Of a stretch of 64,000 nt of DNA, positions 49,242 through 59,392 are shown piece by piece (position 1 is the first letter of the stretch; each line of letters begins with the position of its first letter). This DNA comes from Candidatus Ryanbacteria bacterium RIFCSPLOWO2_12_FULL_44_26 (GTDB lineage: Bacteria > Patescibacteriota > Minisyncoccia > Ryanbacterales > HO2-45-13). The position numbers and the translations under genes were made by a program. Under the pieces are notes generated by a model. That model ran no database searches and had not been told where the DNA came from. It saw only the letters and a list, made by a program, of their open reading frames with translations. Location of the stretch: positions 1,580 through 65,579 of the forward strand of contig MHOA01000001.1 of the NCBI GenBank assembly GCA_001821765.1, written 5' to 3'.

Positions 49242-50507
49242 ATGGAAGAATTAACAAAAACACAACTTGTCTTGTTGGTGCTTTTGGTTAGTTTTATGAC
49301 GTCGGTTGTAACAGGCATTGTTACGGTTACGCTGATTGATCAGGCGCCAAAGCCGGTTACACAGACGATTAACCGAGTTGTTGAAAAAATTGTTGGCACT
49401 GGAGAAGGAAGCAAAAATAACAACGATCCTTTTGTAGTGAATGAAAAAACTGTTGTTGTAACGCAAGAGGAAAAGATTACATCAATAGTTGCTAGTGTTG
49501 CGCCGGCGGTGGTAAGCGTTGTTGCGACAAAAGATGTTCCTCTTTTAACTGAATGTTTTTTTAGCCCTTTTGGCGATAATGACATGTTTGGACGGTTCTT
49601 CCCTGGACTGAAGGTTCCAAGCGTTTGCGAGGAAGGAACGGAACGTCGGCAAGTTTCAGCCGGGAGCGGTTTTTTTGTGAGTGAGTCTGGTTTTGTTGCG
49701 ACAAACCGACACGTGGTTGCTGACGAGACTGCTGACTATAGCGTTATATTAAATAATGGCGACAGCTTGCCAGCACAGGTGCTTGCACGCGATCCTTTTC
49801 AGGACATTGCCATCTTAAAGATTGACGGAGAAGGTTTTACCAGTCTCGCTCTTGGAGATTCCAATACTCTCCAGATAGGGCGCACGGTTATTGCAATCGG
49901 CAATGCATTGGGTGAGTTTCAAAATACGGTTTCCGTAGGAGTTGTTTCCGGTCTTCGGCGGACGGTGAATACCATTGGCGCCGGAACCGTAGAAGAACTT
50001 CGTTCGCTTATCCAAACCGATGCGGCAATCAACCCGGGAAACTCCGGCGGGCCTCTTATTACGCTGGACGGGAAGGCAGTGGGAATCAACACAGCAGTTG
50101 CCAGAGGAGCAGAAAATGTCGGGTTTGCACTGCCAGTCAATATTTTAAAAAAAGATCTGAAAGACATTGAAAAATATGGAAGAATCGTGTACCCTTTTAT
50201 AGGTATTCGATACGTGCTTGTAACCAAGGACGTAGCTGCTGAAAATAACTTGTCTATTAGCTCTGGAGCGCTTATTTTAGGGGATGCTGATCGTCCGGGC
50301 GTTGTTTCCGGTTCTCCAGCTGACAAGGTTGGCCTTACAGTCGGAGATGTTATACTGGAGATAGGAGGGGAAAAAGTCGGGTCTGAAAATCCGATCTCCG
50401 TAGTTATTGAAAAATACAAGCCCGGGGATACGGTATTGTTTAAGGTATTCAAGTCTTCCGGCAAGGAAGTTGACGTGGAGATAACATTCACGGAGTTTAA
50501 ACCGTAA
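49242..50507 (+). CDS. htrA: HtrA/DegP-like serine protease with a PDZ domain
   Basis: N-terminal TM, GSGFF, TNRHVV, DIA, QTDAAINPGNSGGPL, SPA.K.GL..GDVI. Confidence 0.93.
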   Translation: MEELTKTQLVLLVLLVSFMTSVVTGIVTVTLIDQAPKPVTQTINRVVEKIVGTGEGSKNNNDPFVVNEKTVVVTQEEKITSIVASVAPAVVSVVATKDVPLLTECFFSPFGDNDMFGRFFPGLKVPSVCEEGTERRQVSAGSGFFVSESGFVATNRHVVADETADYSVILNNGDSLPAQVLARDPFQDIAILKIDGEGFTSLALGDSNTLQIGRTVIAIGNALGEFQNTVSVGVVSGLRRTVNTIGAGTVEELRSLIQTDAAINPGNSGGPLITLDGKAVGINTAVARGAENVGFALPVNILKKDLKDIEKYGRIVYPFIGIRYVLVTKDVAAENNLSISSGALILGDADRPGVVSGSPADKVGLTVGDVILEIGGEKVGSENPISVVIEKYKPGDTVLFKVFKSSGKEVDVEITFTEFKP

Positions 50508-50741
50508 AGGAATAGATCAAATCTTGTTTGGCAGACACTATAGTGAAGATAATCCCAGCCCATTTTTTATAAAAGTAAACATGATAGCAGAAAGAATAAT
50601 TATTCATAAAAAAAGCGGCGCAAAGCGCTTCGCCCACCAAAGAGTGGGCTGTTTGGCCGCGCACTTTACAAGGAATATAAGCGATAAAAAATGGGCGGGG
50701 CGCTTAAAGTGTAGCCTTCGCTTCGTTTAGTAAATTTTAAT

Positions 50742-53441
50742 ATGTTACCCTTTTCGAATTTTACAATAAAAGCGCAGGAAGCTCTTAAAAAAGCTCATGA
50801 GCTTGCTGTTGAGCGCGGGCAGGGATCGCTGGATGCCATGTATCTGCTTGCAGCTCTTTTACTGCAGGAAGAAGGTGTTATTATTTCACTGGTAGAGAAG
50901 CTCGGGATTGATTATCAATCATTTGCGGACTACGTCCTTGATGCGCTTGATGCGAGGAAGAGTCAACAACTCCTCACGCCCCCGTCGCAGTTTTATATCA
51001 CTCCGGAACTAGCCCGTGTGCTGGAAGAAGCGCATAGAGCCGCTATTTCCTTAAAAGATGAATATATTTCAACGGAACATCTGTTTCTCGCGTTTCTTGA
51101 GACTCCCTCAAAGGCGCGTGACATTCTTGATCGGTTTCATATTGATAAAGAGTCGGTTTTGCAGGTTCTTGCAAGTATCCGGGGCGCTCAGCGTGTAACC
51201 GACGTTGAGCCGGAAAGCAAATATCAGGTTCTTGAAAAATATGCCAGAAATCTGACGCGTCTTGCGCGCGAAGATAAACTTGACCCTGTTATTGGCAGAG
51301 ATACGGAAATTCGCCGTGTCATGCAGGTGCTTTCGCGACGGACAAAAAACAACCCCGTTCTTATAGGAGAAGCAGGGGTCGGGAAAACAGCCATTGTGGA
51401 AGGGCTTGCCCAGCGCGTTGTGTCAGGAAGCGTTCCGGAGAGTCTTCGCGATCATGAGCTTGTTGCTCTGGATCTTGGTGCGCTTGTTGCGGGCACGAAG
51501 TATCGCGGAGAATTTGAAGAACGATTGAAAGCTGTTCTTAGAGAAATTCATCGTGAAGGCAGCAGGATATTATTGTTTATTGACGAGCTGCACACGCTGG
51601 TAGGCGCAGGGTCGGCGGAAGGCGCTATGGACGCTTCTAACATGCTCAAACCCGCGCTTGGAAGGGGAGAACTTCATGCGATCGGCGCCACGACGATAAA
51701 AGAATATCAAAGACACATTGAAAAAGATCCTGCTCTTGCGCGCCGCTTTCAGCCCGTATATGTGGATGAGCCCTCTCCTGAAGATACCGTTGCTATCCTT
51801 TTGGGGTTGAAAGAAAAATACGAGGTGTTTCATGGAATTAAGATAACCAATGAAGCCATTCAAAAAGCGGTGGAGTTGTCTCGGAGATATATTACTGACA
51901 GATTTCTTCCGGATAAAGCCATTGATCTTATTGATGAAGCCGCATCAGCGCTTCGGCTTGAGATTGACAGTGTACCGCGTGATTTGGATGATGTTCGCCA
52001 AGAAATCATGAAATTGGAGATTGAACGGGAGGCGATGAAGCGCGATGAGGGAAGCAAAAACAGCCGCCGGCTGCGTGTTATTGTGCGGCAGCTTGCTGAA
52101 CTGCATGAGAAAAACAAATCCATTGAACTAAAGTGGAAAAACGAGAAAGACACAATTGTCCACATTAGAGAACTCAAGAAAGATTTCGAGAAGTTGCGGA
52201 TGGAGTCTGAAAGTGCGGAGCGCGCTTCAGATTTTACGAAAGTGGCGGAGATTCGTTATTCACGAATGCCGGAGCTTTCAAAACAGCTCAGAGAAGGAGA
52301 GAAACGCCTCAGAAGATTACAAGCATACAGAAAGATTTTAAAAGAGGAAATTGGAGAGGAGGAAATTGCCGAGGTTGTTTCCCGATGGACGGGCGTACCG
52401 GTAAAACGCATGCTTGAAGAAGAAGCAAAAAAACTGCTTAAAATGGAGGACGCGCTTAAGAAACGTATTGTAGGGCAGGATGAAGCTATAAAAGAAATTT
52501 CACATGCGGTAAGGCGGAGCCGCGCCGGCATTAATGAAGAGGATCATCCGATCGGTTCTTTTATATTTCTTGGAGCAAGTGGTGTGGGGAAAACTGAACT
52601 GGGCCGCGCGCTTGCCGAATTTATGTTTAATGATGGAAAAGCGCTTATCCGAGTTGATATGTCCGAGTACATGGAACGGCATACGGTTTCAAAGTTTATC
52701 GGTTCTCCTCCGGGTTATGTCGGGCATGAAGAGGGAGGTCAGTTAACAGAACTTATTCGTCATAGGCCCTATGCTGTTGTGCTTTTTGACGAGATTGAAA
52801 AAGCACACCCGGAAGTGTTTAACATTATGCTTCAAATTCTGGATAACGGCCGCTTAACGGACGCAAAAGGAAGACATGTCAACTTTAAAAATACCATCAT
52901 TATCATGACTTCTAATATTGGCTCCGAGCTTGTAAGAGAAGCCGGATCTATCGGGTTTGATTTGTCTACTGGGGAGAAGGAAGCGAGGCAGTTAAAATCA
53001 AAAGAAGAGGAACTGAAGTCAAAGATTCACAAGCAGCTTGAATCGCATTTCAGGCCGGAGTTCTTAAATCGCCTTGATTCGATAATCATATTTAACAACC
53101 TTTCCAAGGAACATATTCTTGCAATTGTTGATATTCAGCTTGCGCATGTACAGAAACGCCTTGACCAAAAAGAAATAATGTTGGTTGTTGAAAAGAATGT
53201 AAAAGAATTTTTGGCTCGCGAGGGATATAACCCTCAATATGGTGCAAGGCCGCTGAAAAGATTTATTCAAAACAAAATTCTCAATCCTCTTGCCGAAAAA
53301 ATGGTTTCAAAGGAAATACAGGAGGGAGACAGGGTACGCCTGACTGTTAAAGATGAGAGTATTGTATTTGAATATACGCATCGCGTAAGCACTGATAAGA
53401 AGAAAGGAAAGCGAAAAACCGCAACCTCTACCATAAGGTAA
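50742..53441 (+). CDS. clpB: ATP-dependent chaperone ClpB
   Basis: Clp N domain, two AAA+ modules ([16 protein letters not shown]), long coiled-coil M domain, GARPLKR. Confidence 0.95.
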   Translation: MLPFSNFTIKAQEALKKAHELAVERGQGSLDAMYLLAALLLQEEGVIISLVEKLGIDYQSFADYVLDALDARKSQQLLTPPSQFYITPELARVLEEAHRAAISLKDEYISTEHLFLAFLETPSKARDILDRFHIDKESVLQVLASIRGAQRVTDVEPESKYQVLEKYARNLTRLAREDKLDPVIGRDTEIRRVMQVLSRRTKNNPVLIGEAGVGKTAIVEGLAQRVVSGSVPESLRDHELVALDLGALVAGTKYRGEFEERLKAVLREIHREGSRILLFIDELHTLVGAGSAEGAMDASNMLKPALGRGELHAIGATTIKEYQRHIEKDPALARRFQPVYVDEPSPEDTVAILLGLKEKYEVFHGIKITNEAIQKAVELSRRYITDRFLPDKAIDLIDEAASALRLEIDSVPRDLDDVRQEIMKLEIEREAMKRDEGSKNSRRLRVIVRQLAELHEKNKSIELKWKNEKDTIVHIRELKKDFEKLRMESESAERASDFTKVAEIRYSRMPELSKQLREGEKRLRRLQAYRKILKEEIGEEEIAEVVSRWTGVPVKRMLEEEAKKLLKMEDALKKRIVGQDEAIKEISHAVRRSRAGINEEDHPIGSFIFLGASGVGKTELGRALAEFMFNDGKALIRVDMSEYMERHTVSKFIGSPPGYVGHEEGGQLTELIRHRPYAVVLFDEIEKAHPEVFNIMLQILDNGRLTDAKGRHVNFKNTIIIMTSNIGSELVREAGSIGFDLSTGEKEARQLKSKEEELKSKIHKQLESHFRPEFLNRLDSIIIFNNLSKEHILAIVDIQLAHVQKRLDQKEIMLVVEKNVKEFLAREGYNPQYGARPLKRFIQNKILNPLAEKMVSKEIQEGDRVRLTVKDESIVFEYTHRVSTDKKKGKRKTATSTIR

Positions 53442-53503
53442 ATACATAAGGTATAATACACTCTATAGTTTGCTTTGCGTTAGTTCGCATTTATAGCATA
53501 CAT

Positions 53504-53553
53504 GCGTCGGTGGCGGAGTGGACAATCGCACCCCGCTATAAGCGGGGCGGCCT
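53504..53553 (+). pseudogene. tRNA-Tyr 5' duplicate with a substituted anticodon arm
   Basis: 29 nt identical to 53797-53825, then CCCCG-CTATAAG-CGGGG in place of the native arm, then CGGCCT as in the real gene. Confidence 0.85.
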
Positions 53554-53558
53554 TATAT

Positions 53559-53834
53559 ATGTGGTATGTTTATATTCTTAAGAGTAAAAAGGATAATAAA
53601 TATTATATTGGATGTACATCAGATTTAGATAAACGTCTTGTTCGTCATAATAAAGGAGGCAATAAATCTACTAAAAACAGGAAACCGCTTGAGCTTATTC
53701 ACCGTGAGTTATATGATGATAAACATCAAGCTCTAGCCAGAGAACGAAAGATAAAAAGTTATAAGGGTGGTGATGAGTTTAAGAGGTTAATATCAGGCGT
53801 CGGTGGCGGAGTGGACAATCGCACCAGACTGTAA
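53559..53834 (+). CDS. Small GIY-YIG endonuclease (UPF0213/YhbQ-like)
   Basis: YVYIL....YYIG.T.DL..RL..HN.G...TK.RKP.EL...E......A..RE..IK. Confidence 0.92.
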   Translation: MWYVYILKSKKDNKYYIGCTSDLDKRLVRHNKGGNKSTKNRKPLELIHRELYDDKHQALARERKIKSYKGGDEFKRLISGVGGGVDNRTRL

Positions 53835-53883
53835 ATCTGGCGGCCTCAGGCCTACGCAGGTTCGAATCCTGCCCGGCGCACCA
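53797..53883 (+). tRNA. tRNA-Tyr(GUA)
   Basis: Cloverleaf with CCAGA-CT-GTA-AA-TCTGG, long variable arm, TTCGAAT T-loop, A-CCA end. Confidence 0.95.
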
Positions 53884-53922
53884 AGACACAACTCAATTCA
53901 GTTTCAGAGATTTTTTAATCAT

Positions 53923-54429
53923 ATGAATCCAGAAAAACCAAATTTCAATCCAGAACCTCCAAAAGAGGAAAATAAAGAAATCAAGGGTGATGGTTTTGTA
54001 ATGGGCGGTAAGGATAGAAAACCGTCTCGGTTTTCTAGTTTTTCCCATGATACTTCCGTAGAATTTCGACCAGGCGAAACCAACGAAGGAAAGATAAAAG
54101 CGAAAGAAGAAGCAATGAAAAAAGAAATTGAGCGCACTAAAAATTTCACTGACGCTGACTATGCCGAAGATTTGTTGAGTGGTATGCTCGAGACGAATAA
54201 TCCTTATTCGGAAACCTTTAAAATTAAACCTGATGGAAAATTTGATAAAATTTTGAGAGCAGATGGCGCTCCTGTTTATTTGGTGGCATATGGTGATACA
54301 CCGGCTGAACTTTACAAAATTGCAGCAGAGATAGAGAAGAAGCATCCGGAGTATTATTTTGCTTTCGAAACCGATCCGCAAGGACAGTGGATGAAATATA
54401 CGGTTTCGAAATCCGAAACTGAAAAATAA
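53923..54429 (+). CDS. Hypothetical protein
   Basis: ATG 53923, MNPEKPNFNPEPP..., 168 aa, charged. Confidence 0.7.
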   Translation: MNPEKPNFNPEPPKEENKEIKGDGFVMGGKDRKPSRFSSFSHDTSVEFRPGETNEGKIKAKEEAMKKEIERTKNFTDADYAEDLLSGMLETNNPYSETFKIKPDGKFDKILRADGAPVYLVAYGDTPAELYKIAAEIEKKHPEYYFAFETDPQGQWMKYTVSKSETEK

Positions 54430-54443
54430 ATTTGTATAATTTC

Positions 54444-54526
54444 ATAATTAAATTGCCGCCAAAGAAAAACTTGTCCTTCGGCAGTGCTCAGGACAATCCT
54501 GAGTTTATCGAAGGATTGAAATTGTC
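54444..54526. repeat. Intergenic repeat copy 1 with REP-like palindromes
   Basis: ATAATTAAA(T)TGCCGCCA-AAGAAAAACTTGT..TTCGGCAG..ATCCTGAGTTTATCG.AGGA..AAATTGTC, shared with 55581-55678. Confidence 0.75.
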
Positions 54527-54616
54527 GCCTCGTTTTGCGAGGCGAAAACCGCCAAAGAGCCCCGAGAAAAACATCGGCGCGAACCATATTTTAATTTTGG
54601 GGGAAGAAAATTTTTT

Positions 54617-55138
54617 ATGAATCCTACGCATACGCTTGATGAATTTTTAGACCTTGTTGATGAAAACGATAACGTCGTTGGTAAAAAAAAGCGGTCAGAA
54701 GTTTACGCAGAAAATCTTTCAAATTTCCGGGTAGTGAACGCTTTTGTTGTAAACTCTAAAGGAGAAGTTTGGATACCGAGGCGAGTCGCGAACAAGCGGA
54801 TATTTCCTTTGTGTTTGGATATGAGTATGGGCGGCCACGTTGAAAGCGGCGAGACATACGAGCAAACGCTGAAACGCGAGACACAGGAGGAATTGAATAT
54901 TGATACCGATAAAGCAGAAGTGCGTTTACTCGGCCATTTAACCCCGCAGAAAGACGGCGTTTCAGCGTATATGAACGTTTACGAGATAAAGATGGATGAA
55001 ACACCAAATTACAACAAAAGCGATTTTGTCGAGTATTTTTGGCTGACGCCAAAAGCACTTTTTGAACGAATTGCCAACGGCGAAAAGACAAAAGGTGATT
55101 TACCAAAACTTGTAAAGATTTTTTATGGAGACAAGTAG
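54617..55138 (+). CDS. NUDIX hydrolase (IDI/YfcD-like)
   Basis: LDLVDEND, GGHVESGETYEQTLKRETQEELNI. Confidence 0.9.
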   Translation: MNPTHTLDEFLDLVDENDNVVGKKKRSEVYAENLSNFRVVNAFVVNSKGEVWIPRRVANKRIFPLCLDMSMGGHVESGETYEQTLKRETQEELNIDTDKAEVRLLGHLTPQKDGVSAYMNVYEIKMDETPNYNKSDFVEYFWLTPKALFERIANGEKTKGDLPKLVKIFYGDK

Positions 55139-55574
55139 TCAACCAACAAAAAGAGCATATGCGATTTACCATGTCGGTTTGAAAGTTCTTCTCAAAAAAG
55201 GAGATGAGTTTTTGTTTTTGACGGACGCCGTTGGCAAACATTTTGATTTGCCTGGAGGCCGCATAGACGATGTAGAGCATACTACTCCGCTTACCGAAGT
55301 TATCGCGCGAGAAGTCGGAGAAGAACTTGGCGAAGAAGTAAAATACAAGCTCGGCAAACCAGTTTTTCAATTTCGCCGACATTTTGAAAGTAAAGGGTTG
55401 CATATTTTTCTCACAGTTTACGAAGCAGAATATTTGTCCGGCGAAATCAAACTGTCTGCCGAGCATAGCGACCTCCAATGGGTAGATCCGAAAAAAGTTG
55501 ATTTGAAGGATGAACAATTTTTTCATAAGGAAGAATATCTTGCTTTCAAAAAGTATTTTGAAAATTTGGTTTGA
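55125..55574 (+). CDS. NUDIX hydrolase
   Basis: DLPGGRID.....L.EVIAREVGEELG; LSAEHSD..WV. Confidence 0.9.
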   Translation: METSSQPTKRAYAIYHVGLKVLLKKGDEFLFLTDAVGKHFDLPGGRIDDVEHTTPLTEVIAREVGEELGEEVKYKLGKPVFQFRRHFESKGLHIFLTVYEAEYLSGEIKLSAEHSDLQWVDPKKVDLKDEQFFHKEEYLAFKKYFENLV

Positions 55575-55580
55575 TTGCAT

Positions 55581-55810
55581 ATAATTAAATGCCGCCACTT
55601 CGATAAACTCAGTGCAAGCAAAGAAAAACTTGTGGTTCGGCAGACTTACCATCCTGAGTTTATCGGAGGAAAATTGTCAGCGGTGCTGCTCCCCGCCTGC
55701 GCCGAGGCTTGGTTCGGCTTTACTCACCATAAGTCGCTCAGTGCAGGCCGCCGCATTTCTGAATTTTCGCGGGGGGATTTCCTCGCCCTTCGATTGACTC
55801 AGGGCGAAAT
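55581..55810. repeat. Intergenic repeat copy 2 plus a cluster of nested TTCG...CTCA REP-like units
   Basis: CTTCGATAAACTCAG, GGTTCGGCAGACTTACC, GGTTCGGCTTTACTCACC, GCCCTTCGATTGACTCAGGGC. Confidence 0.7.
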
Positions 55811-56127
55811 GCCGAAGGTACTGAGGAACGAAGTATGTTCGGATTTTGTCAAACAAGCGCATATCAAAATGAATACCCAGATTTTTACTGGATATTCATT
55901 TTGATAAGTTTTCAGAAGGAAAGCCGTTTTCTACTCAAGTCCTCTTCGGCGGGGTAAAGAAGGCGGCCTCATAACAAACCGCGAGCTTTGTTATGGGATT
56001 TGCCGTATAAAAAGGTTTTTTTAACCTATGTTTAGGCACAATCTGCCATAGTCCTTTTTGAAAAGTTTTAGTATGCTAATAATAGCGTCGTTATCTATTT
56101 TTTATGGAACGTAGACAATAAAATAAA

Positions 56128-57258
56128 ATGTTTAGGGAAAAGAAAGGTAAGGGCAAGACGAAAATTAAAAAACTGTCAAAGCAGAAAAAACGGCCCCCAA
56201 AAAGAGCTCCCAAGAGCATTAAAAGAAAGACAGAAAAGAAAAAACAACCTGGCACGCCGGCTCTTGTAAGAGCAGTAGAAAATCCGATTATTCTGCCAAA
56301 ACCCGAACATCACTGGGAGGCATGGCAGACGTTTAACCCCGGAGTTATCTTGCTTGAAGATAAAATACATTTTCTCTATCGAGCAATCGGGGAAGACGGT
56401 ATCTCGCGTTTCGGATATGCTGTTTCCAGTGATGGATTTGCGATTGATGAGCGATTACCAAACCCAGTTTTCGAGCACCGCTTCACAAAGCCGGTGTTTA
56501 ATTTTTATTCTTTTGTTTCAGGAGGAAGTTTCGGGGGGAGCGAAGATCCGCGCATTGTTCAGGTAAACGGAGAAGATACATTATATATGACTTATACTGC
56601 TTGCGATGAAGGATTGAGAATGGCCTTGTCATCAATAAAAGTTAAGGACTTTTTACGGAAAAAGTGGACATGGGAATTGCCGGTTTTGATCTCGCCGCCC
56701 GGAGAACTTCATAAAAACTGGGTTATTTTCCCGGAAAAAATAAATGGGAAGTATGCTGTCTTGCACAGCATCAGCCCTGAAATATCCATCGCTTATCGCG
56801 ACAGTTTGGAATTTCAAGAAGGCGAATACATTTACAGTTTTTATAACGGCAATAATAGCCAAAGAAAAAATTGCTGGGATAGTTGGGTGCGGGGCGTTGG
56901 GGCGCCGCCGATTAAAACAAATAAAGGCTGGCTGTTGTTTTATCATGCCATCGATGAAAGCGACCCCGGCAAGTACAAGGTTGGCGCCATGCTTCTGGAT
57001 ATACATAATCCGGCTAAAATACTTTGCCGCTCTCAAGAACCAGTTCTGGAGCCGGAAAAAGATTATGAAAGCAACGGTTTTAAAGCGGGTGTTATATATG
57101 TATCCGGAGCGGCGGTGAAAAACGGAGAACTTTTGGTGTATTATGGCGCTTCGGATAGCTATATCAGTGTGGCCCACGCACCAGTAGAGGAATTTTTGAA
57201 CAGATTAATAAGTCAGGCCAAACCGAAACTCAAGGCAAAAACTCTAAAGGGAACATAA
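56128..57258 (+). CDS. GH130-family glycosidase/phosphorylase
   Basis: ENPII.P, FNPG, LYRA, EDPRI, KNWVIFPEKINGKY, GAPPIKT..GWLLFYH, YYGASD. Confidence 0.88.
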   Translation: MFREKKGKGKTKIKKLSKQKKRPPKRAPKSIKRKTEKKKQPGTPALVRAVENPIILPKPEHHWEAWQTFNPGVILLEDKIHFLYRAIGEDGISRFGYAVSSDGFAIDERLPNPVFEHRFTKPVFNFYSFVSGGSFGGSEDPRIVQVNGEDTLYMTYTACDEGLRMALSSIKVKDFLRKKWTWELPVLISPPGELHKNWVIFPEKINGKYAVLHSISPEISIAYRDSLEFQEGEYIYSFYNGNNSQRKNCWDSWVRGVGAPPIKTNKGWLLFYHAIDESDPGKYKVGAMLLDIHNPAKILCRSQEPVLEPEKDYESNGFKAGVIYVSGAAVKNGELLVYYGASDSYISVAHAPVEEFLNRLISQAKPKLKAKTLKGT

Positions 57259-57259
57259 G

Positions 57260-59182
57260 ATGATTATTGAGCGCTTTAAGAAAAATCCGATACTCACGCC
57301 GGATAAAAATCAGTCTTGGGAAGCTGAGGCTGTTTTTAATGGTTGTCCTGTTCGGAAAGGAAATAATGTTTTTCTCCTTTATCGTGCCGTTTCTCTGATC
57401 CATTATCACACGTTGGCAAAAGCAAAACTCATGGTGTCTGATATCGGTATTGCCGAAAGCAAAGACGGGCTCAATTTTTATGACCGAAAACGGTTTATTT
57501 TTCCAGAGCACGAGTGGGAAAGGTTCGGTTGTGAAGATCCGCGAATAACAAAACTGGACAACAAATACTATATCTTTTATACCGCGCTTTCAAGCTGGCC
57601 TCCCCGAACGGAGCATATAAAAGTAGGACTTGCCATAAGCAAAGATTTAAAAACGATTGAAAAAAAACATCTTATAACCCCCTTCAACGCTAAAGCAATG
57701 GCTCTTTTTCCGGAAAAAATCAATGGCAAAATCTGGGCGGTTTTGACGGTGCACACTGATCGGCCGCCGGCAAAAATATGCCTTGTTTCTTTTCAAAGAG
57801 AAGAAGATATCTGGAATGAATCATATTGGAATAAATGGTATCAAAATTTTGATAAGTATTCTTTGCCGCTTCAACGCCGGCCGCAGGACCATATCGAAGT
57901 CGGCTCTCCGCCGATAAAAACAAAACATGGCTGGCTTTTATTTTATTCCTATATTTGGGATTATATTTCTCCCCGAAGGTCTTTTAGTATTGAAAGTGTA
58001 CTGCTGGATTTAAAAAATCCTTTTAAGATTATCGGAAAAACCGATTTCCCACTTCTTTCTCCTGAAGATTATTATGAAAAACACGGTATAGTGCCGAATG
58101 TCGTTTTTCCTTCCGGAGCGTTACTGAATAAAAATACGATCTCATTATATTATGGAGCCGCAGATACTACCTGTGCGGTTGCTTTTATTGATCTCCCCTC
58201 GCTTATTGATAAGTTTATAAAAAAACAAATCGTTCTGATAAAGCTTCGTCGAGCCAACATAAATCCAATCATCACGCCAAACAAAAATCATCCTTGGGAA
58301 GCAAAAGCGACATTCAACCCGGCGGCCATGTATCTTAAAGGAAAAGTTCACCTGCTTTATCGGGCAATGTCGGAAGATAACACTTCAGTGCTTGGTTATG
58401 CGACAAGTCGGGACGGCATTCACATAGATTATCGTTCTCCGGAGCCGGTTTATATTCCTCGGGAACAATTTGAACAAAAGCTTGAAAGGGGAGGAAATTC
58501 AGGCACGGAAGATCCGAGACTCGTAAAAATTGGGAGCAGAATTTATATGTTCTATACCGCCTTTGATGGGAAAAATCCGCCGCGAGTGGCTTTCACTTGG
58601 ATTAAAGAGCAGGATTTTTTAAACAAGAAGTGGGATTGGTCGCGTGCCATGCTTATCTCCGCTCCTGATTTGGATGATAAAGATGCAGCTATGTTTCCGG
58701 AAAAAATAAAAGGGCGGTACCTTATTATTCATCGCGTCGGCGACGATATTGATTTCTCTCATCATAAAACACTGGATTTTAACGGGACGAATTGGCTTGA
58801 AGAGTATCGCTGGATAATGCCGAGGAAAGGACGGTGGGATTCGAGAAAGGTTGGTGTTGCCGCTCCGCCGATAAAAACAAAGGCAGGCTGGCTTCTGCTC
58901 TATCACGGAATTTCAGAAGAAGACCAGTTTTATCGCGTAGGAGCGATATTAGTTGGTTTGCGTGATCCTGCAAAAATTATCTGTCGCACGGATTATCCGA
59001 TTTTTGAACCGGAAACTTCTTATGAAAAAGAAGGAGAGGTTTCAAATGTGGTATTTCCTTGTGGGGCGGCACTTATTGGCAAAAAACTTTTCGTATATTA
59101 CGGAGGAGCGGATAAAGTGGTTGGAGTGGCTACGGTGAATATTGATGAGCTTCTCGGTGTGCTTAAGGTATGTAAATGTTAG
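57260..59182 (+). CDS. Tandem double-domain GH130-family glycosidase/phosphorylase
   Basis: Two full copies of the NPI.TP / EDPR / FPEKI / PPIKT..GWLL / VVFP.GA / YYG.AD motif set. Confidence 0.88.
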   Translation: MIIERFKKNPILTPDKNQSWEAEAVFNGCPVRKGNNVFLLYRAVSLIHYHTLAKAKLMVSDIGIAESKDGLNFYDRKRFIFPEHEWERFGCEDPRITKLDNKYYIFYTALSSWPPRTEHIKVGLAISKDLKTIEKKHLITPFNAKAMALFPEKINGKIWAVLTVHTDRPPAKICLVSFQREEDIWNESYWNKWYQNFDKYSLPLQRRPQDHIEVGSPPIKTKHGWLLFYSYIWDYISPRRSFSIESVLLDLKNPFKIIGKTDFPLLSPEDYYEKHGIVPNVVFPSGALLNKNTISLYYGAADTTCAVAFIDLPSLIDKFIKKQIVLIKLRRANINPIITPNKNHPWEAKATFNPAAMYLKGKVHLLYRAMSEDNTSVLGYATSRDGIHIDYRSPEPVYIPREQFEQKLERGGNSGTEDPRLVKIGSRIYMFYTAFDGKNPPRVAFTWIKEQDFLNKKWDWSRAMLISAPDLDDKDAAMFPEKIKGRYLIIHRVGDDIDFSHHKTLDFNGTNWLEEYRWIMPRKGRWDSRKVGVAAPPIKTKAGWLLLYHGISEEDQFYRVGAILVGLRDPAKIICRTDYPIFEPETSYEKEGEVSNVVFPCGAALIGKKLFVYYGGADKVVGVATVNIDELLGVLKVCKC

Positions 59183-59283
59183 CAGGCCTTAAAAAAGCAA
59201 TTGGAAAGTAAGTGGCGCGTAGAAACAAAAAGACCCGATTTGTTTCGACGGATCGATTCTTTTATTTTCACCTGTCAAAATAT

Positions 59284-59355
59284 TTGACAAGCAAGATTAC
59301 TTGATATATACTTGAAGCAGATCATCTAGAATGAGAATACGGTATTCTCATTCTA
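59284..59355 (+). promoter_or_regulatory. Sigma70 promoter with a downstream 14-bp perfect palindrome (operator-like)
   Basis: TTGACA-N17-TATACT; TAGAATGAGAATAC-G-GTATTCTCATTCTA at 59327-59355. Confidence 0.65.
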
Positions 59356-59392
59356 TTGCGCAATAAAACCGGGAACTTTAAGGAGTCCAAAG

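Noticed and set aside
53803-53922. N-terminal extension of ORF 53803-54429, and of ORF 53502-53834
   Set aside because: These extensions are translations of tRNA or pseudo-tRNA sequence; the likely starts are 53923 and 53559.
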